A stretch of DNA of 64,000 nucleotides from an uncultured virus (IMG/VR IMGVR_UViG_3300012954_000006) (taxonomy: Duplodnaviria > Heunggongvirae > Uroviricota > Caudoviricetes), in the IMG/VR virus record IMGVR_UViG_3300012954_000006. One strand, given 5' to 3'. Positions 40,604 through 49,597 of the stretch are shown here, in pieces (position 1 is the stretch's first letter; each line of letters begins with the position of its first letter). The notes below the pieces were generated by a model that searched no databases, had not been told where the DNA came from, and worked only from the letters and a program-made list of their open reading frames with translations. The translations under genes and the position numbers were made by a program.

Positions 40604-41224
40604 ATGGACAAATCAAGAAAAACAGATGGTGCTGCTGCCATTTTAGATTATCTAGGTGATGCGAAAGTTATGCTATCAGAGATAGCAAAGGTAGCTGACA
40701 CTCCTCCAGTAATGGCTTTTACATTGGGGCGAATTTATGAGCTTATTAGAGACGCACAAGCAATAGCAACAGACTTATATCACAAGAATGAAATAGCTGC
40801 AAGCAATGAAGTGACAACAGACAACTCTGTATCTAAAACATCGTCTAAGTTTACCAAAGAAGGGAAACTCAAATATTATTTTGATGTTCGTACAATTGAG
40901 CAAGGACATCATTATCAAGTACCACAATATCAACTTGCAGGACTTGATAGCACCGAAATACTGGAAAGCTTGCCATCACAACCGCTTGATATAAAGTTTG
41001 TTCGAGGTAGTGTGTCAAAAGATGACAACACTCTACCAAAGACTGGCACTTTGCACGAACATTTATTAGTAGTAATGATACAAGACTTGCGGTATAAAAA
41101 TGCGCTAGTACCATCTACACAAACAACTATGGTTATTCAAAAGTTAGAGGAGGCATACGACTTAATTTTAGAGCGTAAAAGCGATAGAACCAATCGTGGA
41201 GTACTTGGAACTTATGAAAAATAG
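40604..41224 (+). CDS. tad1: Tad1-like cyclic-nucleotide sponge (anti-Thoeris/CBASS) with N-terminal extension
   Basis: HHY..IKFVRG..G..E.LL.V.I..L....PS......KLEEA......R..DR..RGVLGT matches recalled Tad1 family. Confidence 0.75.
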   Translation: MDKSRKTDGAAAILDYLGDAKVMLSEIAKVADTPPVMAFTLGRIYELIRDAQAIATDLYHKNEIAASNEVTTDNSVSKTSSKFTKEGKLKYYFDVRTIEQGHHYQVPQYQLAGLDSTEILESLPSQPLDIKFVRGSVSKDDNTLPKTGTLHEHLLVVMIQDLRYKNALVPSTQTTMVIQKLEEAYDLILERKSDRTNRGVLGTYEK

Positions 41225-41228
41225 TGAC

Positions 41229-41282
41229 TTTGCGTAGCATCACTTTCAACTATATTTATGGTTACTACTGATGCTACGCAAA
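41229..41282. repeat. ~55-bp palindromic element, copy 2 (inverted)
   Basis: TTTGCGTAGCATCA..TGATGCTACGCAAA. Confidence 0.8.
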
Positions 41283-41380
41283 AAAGCAGTTTCCGAAACC
41301 TCATAAGTGGAAGGAAAAGAGGGCGTAGTGGTTCGTCCAACAAACAAAAGCTTGTGAATCTACTTAGCAAACCATCGTTT
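41283..41380 (+). ncRNA. Candidate structured RNA motif, copy A
   Basis: AAAGCAGTTTCCGAAA..AGAGGGCGTAGTGGTTCGTCCAACAA..TTGT; recurs at 42372, 60381, 61226. Confidence 0.55.
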
Positions 41381-41416
41381 CTTCGCCGACTGAAAATCCT
41401 AAAAGCAAACTTAAAT

Positions 41417-41728
41417 ATGACAAAAACAAACATCGTAAGCAGAGCCACATTAGATATTTTTGAAGACAACAAACAATTTGTGCAAGAGGCTAATAAAATA
41501 CTCCTACAAATAGAAAAGACAAAGGCTTTGAAAAATGATTTCAAGGTAATGCTTTCTAATCATATTGCGTTTTTGGGTAAAGATAAGAACCACGAATCCG
41601 TAAAGCAAATTAATACTTTAATTGGCATCTGTGACGTTACATTAACAGCAGCACAATATGTACTGCGACAGGAATTTGTAGATTTGACCGTTAATAAAAT
41701 AGTTCCTGATAATTATGCAAATGATTAA
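41417..41728 (+). CDS. Hypothetical protein (start corrected to MTKTNI)
   Basis: Upstream ORF extension overlaps repeats. Confidence 0.6.
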   Translation: MTKTNIVSRATLDIFEDNKQFVQEANKILLQIEKTKALKNDFKVMLSNHIAFLGKDKNHESVKQINTLIGICDVTLTAAQYVLRQEFVDLTVNKIVPDNYAND

Positions 41729-42395
41729 GTATTACGACAAACACAACAAGCTATTAAAGCGAGGGTATATAGTTAGGCTGTCGATAGGCAATGATAATCT
41801 TATTGGTATAGTATCTTGCTATAAAAAGCAATGGTACATATACTGCTTGTATCACACCTACAACGGAGTTCAATATGATAAAGAGTGTATTGTTTTGGGT
41901 AACTTGCCTTACGTTGTTGTTGATGGGAAACGCACACTAAGAGATGTCACAATAGAAAAAGATAAGCCCTGTATTACCGAATGTATTTACAATTACAGTT
42001 TTATATACTCTGGCAAAACAAGGTTTAAAGACAAAAAAGAGCGTGACTTTTGGGTAGGATACATGTGTCATTGGAATGGTTGTATTTACAACAATACATA
42101 TTGCCATCTGTTTCTGTATAAACAAAATAGCCAACATAAAGACACATTTTGTAATTATGGCTGCGACTTTATTCCTTTAATCATTAGGGAAGTTTATAAT
42201 GACAGATGCTACTATATATTATCATTGTTCACACCTGACGATGAAACCATTAGCGATATGTATTTTCATAAGCAACATTTACTGGAAGTGAAAAGTATTA
42301 TAAGTAAGTATTACAAAAATAATGAATGGTTACAAATGTTGTATCGAAAAGATTATATCTCACATCTACACAAAGCAGTTTCCGAAACTTCATAA
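41715..42395 (+). CDS. Hypothetical protein (YopX-like N-terminus)
   Basis: YDKHNKLLKRGYIV resembles DKNGKEIYEGDIV. Confidence 0.55.
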   Translation: MQMIKYYDKHNKLLKRGYIVRLSIGNDNLIGIVSCYKKQWYIYCLYHTYNGVQYDKECIVLGNLPYVVVDGKRTLRDVTIEKDKPCITECIYNYSFIYSGKTRFKDKKERDFWVGYMCHWNGCIYNNTYCHLFLYKQNSQHKDTFCNYGCDFIPLIIREVYNDRCYYILSLFTPDDETISDMYFHKQHLLEVKSIISKYYKNNEWLQMLYRKDYISHLHKAVSETS

Positions 42396-42469
42396 GTGGA
42401 GGAAATAGAGAATGTAGTGATTCATCCATCAAGGTGTACACCTTGTAAATAATAAGCATCACAACTGCA
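42372..42469 (+). ncRNA. Candidate structured RNA motif, copy B
   Basis: Same motif; stem CAAGGT-GTAC-ACCTTG replaces ACAAGT-GAAA-GCTTGT. Confidence 0.55.
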
Positions 42470-42499
42470 AACGTTATTTTTGAAAGAACATAATACAGT

Positions 42500-43411
42500 A
42501 TGAAATTACTAGATTTAATAAAAGCAACTAAACCTAACTTTGTTATATCAAAACCAATAAAAAAAATATGCAAAAAGTTAGATGATTTTGTAAGTGGCAA
42601 AATAAAAAACCTAATCATAGCAATCCCCCCTAGAACATGTAAAACAGAGCTAGGTGTGCGTAGTTTTATCCCATTGTTGTTGGCAGCAAAAAACAATGGC
42701 AACATAGCCATTGCTGCTCAAACGACATATCGAGCAGAACAACTAGCATTGGATGTAAGAAGAATTATTAACAGTAGTGAATACGAGTCGTTTCTACAAC
42801 AACATGGATATAATAACAGTCATTTAAGTCACATTAAAGATAGTTATTGAGAGAATACAAGGCAAAAAAGGTTATACACTACGACGGTTGCAAGCAGTAT
42901 AGTGGGTAAGAATATTAAATATTTGGTAATGGATGACATCAGTTCTAATGAGCTACTTTATGAGAATAACAATAAAACATTCGAGCAATATATTTATTCA
43001 TTACGAACTAGATTGAATAATAATAGTCAGCAACTTGTAATTACTAGCAGGAGTGCAAGGTTCGATTTTGTAGGAATGTTGCTACATTTAGATTTAGATG
43101 ATTGGACGTATTTAGCTATTCCTGCTGTAAAACAACGCAAGAAATCTCAAGCTAAGTCTTTATGGAAATATAAGAACCTATATGATTTGAAATACTTCTA
43201 TAACAATGCCACCCATTCAGGTGTAAGCATATTTAGTTCTTTTTACCAACAAGACCCCAAAGAGACTGATATTGATAAACTCATTGAAGTTGTGTTGTAT
43301 CATAAATACAGAGATAAATATACTAGACCACGTCAAAAAGCACGTATCATTAATACATTAGAAGGCGTTATTAAGAAAATGGAATCCCCAAAAAGACAGC
43401 CAACTATTTAA
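42500..43411 (+). pseudogene. Degenerate terminase large subunit ATPase domain, in-frame TGA 42848-42850, no nuclease domain
   Basis: NLIIAIPPRTCKTEL (cf. MPPRHGKSEL), LVMDD, ITSR..FDFVGMLL (cf. TRWHEDDLxG), LAIPA, FSSFYQQDP; both ORFs in the same frame. Confidence 0.8.
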
Positions 43412-43712
43412 TGCAATGAACAGTAAAGTAAATGTAATTGAACTACCAAAAGCTAAACAGGTGGAATTTGCTAAATACATTGAGCTTAATGTTTCTTAGT
43501 TATAGACAATAACTTAAAAACAAAGACAGATTCAAAACCCAAGTAATTCTTAAATGGAACATGGTGGCGGTTGATTGCACTAACTGATAGCAAGGTAGGA
43601 AGTGCCGTTCTTGTTCGTCAAAATTTCAAAGGCCGAAAGGATATGAGCGTTAGAAGCCAACGATAAAACTCTTTAAGTGAGGAACAATCAAATCTGTTAA
43701 AAAAACAAAAAT

Positions 43713-43958
43713 ATGAAACGATACTTAATCTTCAAAGGAACCTATTATTACCCTATTGGTGGAATGGAAGATTTTTTCAAAGATGTAGGTAGTATTGAAT
43801 CTTACAAAGAAGCAATAGATAATTTCGTATTACAGGAGTACGAAAAAGAAAAAGACATTTTTAGTAAACAGGAGTTTTTAAAATACTTTTATGAAGAATT
43901 TTGGTTTCAAGTTTACGATACCGTTAAGCAGGAAATAGTATATAAAACATATAGGTAA
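43713..43958 (+). CDS. Conserved small phage protein
   Basis: KRYLIF...YYPxGGMxDF motif. Confidence 0.7.
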   Translation: MKRYLIFKGTYYYPIGGMEDFFKDVGSIESYKEAIDNFVLQEYEKEKDIFSKQEFLKYFYEEFWFQVYDTVKQEIVYKTYR

Positions 43959-43968
43959 AACAATAATA

Positions 43969-44205
43969 ATGACTAAAGAAGAGATAAAGACACTAAGTAA
44001 AGGTAGCTTAATTTTCTTTGCTGGCTATACATATAAGTTTGCCGAAGTTAAAGAGTTTCCTCATGGAGTAATGATAGGCATATATGATGAACACGACACT
44101 AGCCACATTGATTATCTTAACCCAGAAAATTGTGAAATTGTAAACCTATGCCATAATTGTCAAAATGGTTGCCCAACTTGCAACGGTTATGGTTGGTATT
44201 GCTAG
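43969..44205 (+). CDS. Small protein with C-terminal CxxC/CxxCxGxG zinc motif
   Basis: CHNCQNGCPTCNGYG. Confidence 0.65.
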   Translation: MTKEEIKTLSKGSLIFFAGYTYKFAEVKEFPHGVMIGIYDEHDTSHIDYLNPENCEIVNLCHNCQNGCPTCNGYGWYC

Positions 44206-44240
44206 GTAAAATATTACCTCAATGCAATAGCGATAAATAA

Positions 44241-44283
44241 TAAAGTGTAAGGCTGTGGTTTAAAAATACAGCCTTACACTTTA
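44241..44283. terminator. Bidirectional terminator between convergent operons
   Basis: TAAAGTGTAAGGCTGT..ACAGCCTTACACTTTA 16-bp stem. Confidence 0.8.
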
Positions 44284-44343
44284 CGAATCTTTAGCGATAC
44301 CAAACTACTATAATGAAACAGCTAACTTTCATATTGTAATTAA

Positions 44344-44787
44344 TTAAAAATATAACCCATACCCTATACATGCACTAATTGCTACATGGTCATTGATAGA
44401 AGGAATATTAGCTTTACTCCATATCAAGTCTGGCAAAGACAGTTTAATAAAATCCATAATCAAGTCAGCAAAATCGCTTCCGTAAAACTTCCCACCTTCC
44501 ATATAATTATCTACATCAATACCATTGTCAATCAGCTTTTGCTTTGCACTATCCGAAATATAGCAATCTCCATACTCTGTGCAAATGTGCAAGGCAGAAC
44601 CATACCTAGGTAACTTCCCTCCTGTAAAGTCTCTACTGTGATTGAATTGTACGCCTACTAACTTACAACTAGCTTTATAAGCTGCTCTAATTTCCTCAAT
44701 AGGCTTATTGACATCGCAAATAAAATCCTCTGTTATGCCATGTCCATCTTGAGAACAGTCTCCTAGTGTTAATTTAACTAATGCCAT
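44344..44787 (-). CDS. Conserved phage hypothetical protein
   Basis: LGDxSxDGH..AYKASC..IGYGLY motifs. Confidence 0.7.
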   Translation of the reverse strand: MALVKLTLGDCSQDGHGITEDFICDVNKPIEEIRAAYKASCKLVGVQFNHSRDFTGGKLPRYGSALHICTEYGDCYISDSAKQKLIDNGIDVDNYMEGGKFYGSDFADLIMDFIKLSLPDLIWSKANIPSINDHVAISACIGYGLYF

Positions 44788-44826
44788 TTTTTGTTTTTTA
44801 AATTTCTATAAAGATAATGTTTTTTA

Positions 44827-45477
44827 TTAAGTCAATATCTTTCTATCTTTTATCAAATAATCCACTTTATCAAAAGCAGATTTCCAAAAGTCAATATCTG
44901 TGGTCTTAATGGTACAATCTATTTTTTGATTTTTCACTCCTCTAAGCAAATCAATAAAACAAATTAATTGAACAACATTTTTTTTGTCTGCATTAACATC
45001 ATAATACTTTATTGTTTTCGTTGGTTCGCTTTCCAATATATTAATCAACACATCCTCTATTGTGTCAAGTCCGTTCATATTATTTACCTGAACAAGCGAT
45101 ATAGTAATATTACTGTCTTTTGGCTCGGTGCGAAAAAATGCTATTTCCTCGCCATCCTCATCTGTTTCAAAAACAACACTCACATTTAACTTTTCAAGTT
45201 GTAATATCCATTCCACTAAAATTTTGATGCTATCCATATTAGGCTGTTCCTCGTCAAGCCTTAGTACGCAAAAGTGATTACGATAAGGAGCTAGTTGTGG
45301 TTTTATTTGATGGAGTGCATCAATAAAATATTTATCTGGATTACCATAACACTCTACATATCTATCTTTGTAAGTCAAGCCTACACATGGGTATTTAGCA
45401 ATACCATAAGTACCATTAAATTCAGCCGTTAAGCCATGTTTATTAGCAAATGCTATAATTATACTCCTGTAATTCAT
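44827..45477 (-). CDS. Hypothetical protein; N-half related to 24535-24978
   Basis: FANKHGL..G..PCVGL..YVE..LVEWILQL.KLNVSV vs FAERFGL..G..SCVGL..WVE..LSNWVDDL.TLNVVV. Confidence 0.65.
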   Translation of the reverse strand: MNYRSIIIAFANKHGLTAEFNGTYGIAKYPCVGLTYKDRYVECYGNPDKYFIDALHQIKPQLAPYRNHFCVLRLDEEQPNMDSIKILVEWILQLEKLNVSVVFETDEDGEEIAFFRTEPKDSNITISLVQVNNMNGLDTIEDVLINILESEPTKTIKYYDVNADKKNVVQLICFIDLLRGVKNQKIDCTIKTTDIDFWKSAFDKVDYLIKDRKILT

Positions 45478-45581
45478 AGTTAATCTAATCGTTTGTTTTT
45501 GCTAGTTTAATAAGTCAATATCTATTGTCTGCCGCTTTTCTTAGTAGCAATTCGTTTGCTTGAAATATATTATACATTGTT

Positions 45582-45944
45582 TTAGTTTTTAATTGTTAAA
45601 TAAGTCATTGTGCCAAAGAGTAGCAAGCAAATTAAAACTGCTAGTATCTGTGAAAAATAATACTCCCAAATATATCCATACTCTAAAGCTAGGGCATCTA
45701 GCCTATTGTTCATTCCTCGTTGTTGGCGTTGCTTGTCTTTTATTTTTTGCTTGTTTGCAGTTGTACTGCTTTTTAAAGTCAATAGGCTATCTATATTTAC
45801 TGCTATATTCTTAGCAACACGCTCCGTCTGCTCAATTTTTACATAATGTTCAATGGCAGCACATCGAGTTTGGTAAGTGCTGTGACAGGCATAACTACAT
45901 ATCAGCAGGATAGAGAGCCATGATAATATTGTAAGTTCTTTCAT
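45582..45944 (-). CDS. Membrane protein (two TM)
   Basis: Hydrophobic N- and C-termini. Confidence 0.6.
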   Translation of the reverse strand: MKELTILSWLSILLICSYACHSTYQTRCAAIEHYVKIEQTERVAKNIAVNIDSLLTLKSSTTANKQKIKDKQRQQRGMNNRLDALALEYGYIWEYYFSQILAVLICLLLFGTMTYLTIKN

Positions 45945-46101
45945 TTGTTTTATTTAAGTGTTTTTGTATAAATATCAAGCATCTGCATCGTGGTATATTT
46001 ATTTTTCCAATTATCATGGCGAGAAGTCCAAATATGATGTCCTGCACGAACTGCATTGGTGTCTAGCCACTCCGCAAACAATAATGCTTTTTGTAACTCA
46101 A

Positions 46102-46821
46102 TCATTGCCGTTTCTTTTTGTCCCATTTAAAAGCGTCTATCTTTATCTCACGAATTATCTCTCGCCACTCTTTCCAACAATTGTAGGCGTGTAACGCCCT
46201 CTTCCATCGCTTTGATAGATATTTTTCAGTCGCTTCTAATTTTTGCCATTCCTTTTCTGATAGTTTAGGAAAGTTGTTAAATACCCCATCGTTTAAGGCA
46301 TAATAATTCTCTTTATTTTCATGGGAAAAGTACCACCTGCCTTCTTTGACGTAGTAAATTTTAGAGTGATACTTTTCATTTCCTCTAATCAAGTATTCTC
46401 CATCAGGTAAACTCTGATACGGAGTTGGATTCGCTACCAAATCGCCAAAATCAGCTTTTAAGTCTTCATGTGAGAGTATTTCTGCAAAATTAAAAGGGGA
46501 GTATTTGATTTTATTCTTCATTGTTACTGCTTTACGCTTACACTCTTTTACTAATATAACTCCCATAAAACATTTCCAACATTGCTCAATAAAACCTTTA
46601 GCTTCTTTCAAAGAAGTGCAAATTTTATGCTCATTTGCGGTATCATTCGACATAGTAGGAAAATAACAGTTAGCTACATAAACAATCTCATCATCTATTA
46701 CTTGCCTATTTATCCATGCGATTGTAATATGATTAAACTTTGCCACTCTCGCCCATCTGCCTCTTTTGTCTGGATAATTCGTATTACTATATCTGTTGTG
46801 ATATATGATTTTGTTTTTCAT
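46102..46821 (-). CDS. Hypothetical protein (possibly two fused small genes)
   Basis: Second MKNKI start-like motif internally. Confidence 0.55.
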   Translation of the reverse strand: MKNKIIYHNRYSNTNYPDKRGRWARVAKFNHITIAWINRQVIDDEIVYVANCYFPTMSNDTANEHKICTSLKEAKGFIEQCWKCFMGVILVKECKRKAVTMKNKIKYSPFNFAEILSHEDLKADFGDLVANPTPYQSLPDGEYLIRGNEKYHSKIYYVKEGRWYFSHENKENYYALNDGVFNNFPKLSEKEWQKLEATEKYLSKRWKRALHAYNCWKEWREIIREIKIDAFKWDKKKRQ

Positions 46822-46894
46822 AACCCCTGATATGTTAGTGGTAGATAAATTAAACTGCTATTATTTATGTTATTCTATAAAATCGTTTAAAAAG

Positions 46895-47485
46895 TTATAA
46901 CTCACGACATATTATACTTGACGCACGCCCACCTAAACAGGCTAACTTAGCCTTAATTACATCAAAATCTGATAAGCCGCCATATACCATTTTTCTAGGA
47001 ATAGTAGGGTCATGTTTCGCCTCCTCTTCATAGTAGTGCAACAACTGATAGAATTGCTACATAAGTATTTCGGTATCTACACTAAAAGCATTGATAAAAC
47101 TATTCCCCAATAGCACCGACTGTATTTCGCTTAAATCCCAACCAACAGGTACGGTTTTATACTGCTCATTATTATTCTCTTCATAGAGTGCTGCTCCTTC
47201 AAAAGACTGCAAGATATAAGGGTCAGCAGTAATCACATCTACCTGTTCGATACTACCTTTCTTGTTTTGGATTGCTAACAGCATATCTTTTACTTTACGC
47301 CTGTTAGCAACTCTTAAATAGTGTTCTGGAAAATATAATACAAAATGCTTTCTATTGCAACGACTGCCATTTCGTATATAATGCAATAAATCCAACTGTG
47401 AAGCACTTGCTAGTTCTTCATTGTGTCTTACATCAATATATAAATTTGCGAAGTCACAATGCTTTATTTCTACTGTTATTTTCAT
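46895..47485 (-). CDS. Degenerate C-terminal half of PtuA/AAA_21-like ABC ATPase, with in-frame TAG 47057-47059
   Basis: VLYFPEHYLR..QVDVITADPYILQS..GWDLSEIQSVLLG mirrors IDEPExHLHP..QFIxTTHSPxILS..GWxxxEIL..MG; frame stays open 53 codons past TAG. Confidence 0.5.
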
Positions 47486-47506
47486 TTTACAAATATACTG
47501 TTATGG

Positions 47507-47860
47507 TTAAATTTCAAAACCTATGGATAATCCACTAAGTATTGTCAATAATGTTAAAACTAATATAATATTAAAGACCTTTTGGTATTGTTGGCTTGCT
47601 TCTTCTATTCTTGATATATCAGTAAAAACTTTTGGTATGGACGTTTTTATTTTTACTGCATCATCAATACATATATTATTATGCAAGACCAACACCTCAT
47701 TTGAAAGTAACGTATCTATTTTGTGAATTATGTTCACTTGATACTCCATGCCTTTTGCTTGCTTTTTCCGAGCAACATCACTTAGATAACCGCTATAGAT
47801 AAATATCACTATATTAACAGCGACTAATACAACATAAATTACTGTCATTATTTTTTTCAT
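47507..47860 (-). CDS. Membrane protein (two TM)
   Basis: Hydrophobic termini; probable start MKKIMT. Confidence 0.6.
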   Translation of the reverse strand: MKKIMTVIYVVLVAVNIVIFIYSGYLSDVARKKQAKGMEYQVNIIHKIDTLLSNEVLVLHNNICIDDAVKIKTSIPKVFTDISRIEEASQQYQKVFNIILVLTLLTILSGLSIGFEI

Positions 47861-47861
47861 T

Positions 47862-48452
47862 CTACAAACCAATTAAGTTTTTATGATATTGTCTTAGTAG
47901 TTTTTGATAGTCGATATTCTCTAAGATAAAAACAAAGGTTTCCATGATGTCAAACATCTTTTTAGGTAACTGCTCTGTTAAAAAAGGAAAAAACATTGCC
48001 AATTCCACCTTAAAGTCATGAGGCTCATCCATGCCATACCAGTCAAGCTTGCTGTACTCTTTTCGCATTGACATATCTAATCGCTTGTCTGTACGAATAG
48101 TAAATCTTAATTCTCTATACTTACTATTCATCTTTTTAAATAGCCAATAATTGTATAGTAGTTTGGTTTCCGTAGGCTTGCGATAAAAAATATCCAAGTC
48201 TATTTCATACTCATAATAGTTGTAATAGCCATACAAGTCTTCATCATCACTTAATAAATATCTATCTGCCATTTGCTCGGCAATAGGATAGGTGTATTTA
48301 TTATCTGCAAGTTCTTTGTGGACACTTCGCCACACCCCTTTTTTATCTAAAAAGGTAGTTGTGTAAATAGGCTTGTTGAAATAACCATCTCTTTTTTCGC
48401 CTGTGTATTGGTATCTAAATATCATTAATTGTATTTTAGCCTTGTACTTCAA
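47862..48452 (-). CDS. Hypothetical protein
   Basis: 196-aa ORF. Confidence 0.6.
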   Translation of the reverse strand: MKYKAKIQLMIFRYQYTGEKRDGYFNKPIYTTTFLDKKGVWRSVHKELADNKYTYPIAEQMADRYLLSDDEDLYGYYNYYEYEIDLDIFYRKPTETKLLYNYWLFKKMNSKYRELRFTIRTDKRLDMSMRKEYSKLDWYGMDEPHDFKVELAMFFPFLTEQLPKKMFDIMETFVFILENIDYQKLLRQYHKNLIGL

Positions 48453-48798
48453 TTAGTGCATTAGGGTGTTTTTTGCAAGCAGCTAAATATGCTTCCATAG
48501 TTGGCACAAACTGCTTGTATTTGCCCCACCCATTTGATGCGTTGTATTTTTTAAAATAAAATGGTCTCTCTTTTAGTTGTGTCAATCCTTTTTCAAGATG
48601 ACTGATAATATCTTTAGCATATAATTCATTTTGTTGTTGTTTTTTGCGATGCAATAATAAATGAGGCTTCCATAAAGGAATATAAAGTTCAGAATGTTCC
48701 GCCATTGGAATTAAGTTTCTTGTAATATTGGTTTCAAAAACTGTTTCCTTAAAAGGAAAATCATTTGCTGTAATTACCAATTCAATATCTAATGACAT
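48436..48798 (-). CDS. Conserved phage hypothetical protein
   Basis: MSLDI..NITxNL..MA..LW.P..N..NGWG.Y..AC..HP motif family. Confidence 0.75.
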   Translation of the reverse strand: MSLDIELVITANDFPFKETVFETNITRNLIPMAEHSELYIPLWKPHLLLHRKKQQQNELYAKDIISHLEKGLTQLKERPFYFKKYNASNGWGKYKQFVPTMEAYLAACKKHPNALIEVQG

Positions 48799-49073
48799 AG
48801 TGATTTGAATTTATCTATGAAGAAATATATTTTTTTAAAAAAAATATTACTGGACTTTGGAATTGGTGGGTTATCTAGTTGATGCCACTTTTCCATGAGT
48901 ACACAAAGTTTGTTTTGGTCAGTAGATTCAAATGTCAAGATAACAGTATATCTGCCATTGCTATCACTATAAGGCTCATGCTTAAATCTAGCTGTTGGCA
49001 TATTTTCACGCATAAAGGACTGCAATTCAATTAACCTTTCTTTGTTTTTTACAGGAAATCCGTAAGTTATCAT
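48789..49073 (-). CDS. Hypothetical protein
   Basis: 94-aa ORF. Confidence 0.55.
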   Translation of the reverse strand: MITYGFPVKNKERLIELQSFMRENMPTARFKHEPYSDSNGRYTVILTFESTDQNKLCVLMEKWHQLDNPPIPKSSNIFFKKIYFFIDKFKSLCH

Positions 49074-49125
49074 TTGGTATTATCTTTAATTAATATTTAA
49101 TTATGAAAATTTGGTGTTATTAGTG

Positions 49126-49350
49126 CTAGGATTCATATTTACCTGCTTTAATACTCGCCTGAAACCTAGATACCTCAATAACACAAAAAAAAGGAATGCA
49201 AATCTCTAATATCCAATATTTTTTATGATTAATAACTTCCCCTTTTCTGAAAATTATAGGAAATTGAAATACATATCTTGAGAATATACTCAAATAAACT
49301 TCTATGCCTTCTGGGTGGTCATAGTAAAAATGAAATAATTTAAAGTACAT
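49126..49350 (-). CDS. Hypothetical protein
   Basis: 74-aa ORF. Confidence 0.45.
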   Translation of the reverse strand: MYFKLFHFYYDHPEGIEVYLSIFSRYVFQFPIIFRKGEVINHKKYWILEICIPFFCVIEVSRFQASIKAGKYES

Positions 49351-49387
49351 AATTTGTTTCTTTATTTAACACACCAATTTATAATAT

Positions 49388-49594
49388 TTAAACAATTGGA
49401 TTTGTAAATTCTAGCTCATTGCATCCACTCATCCAATAGTATATATTTTGAATCTCATGTACATATTCTATCGAAATCCAACATCTGTTTAGGTAAGTGT
49501 AATACCTAAATTCGCCATCGGCAAAAATGGATGTCGAAAGCGGTTTATTTTTTTTTGATAAATTAATATTTTGGGAACACGTGCTAAGTTACAT
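49388..49594 (-). pseudogene. Small phage gene with TAA at codon 2
   Basis: ATG TAA then open frame ending IEYVHEIQNIYYWMSGCNELEF (cf. IKYVHQLQNLYFxLTGxEL family). Confidence 0.55.
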
Positions 49595-49597
49595 ATT

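Noticed and set aside
43584..43660. Hammerhead ribozyme (CTGATAG..GAAA)
   Set aside because: Core does not match CUGANGA and the stem arrangement does not fit.
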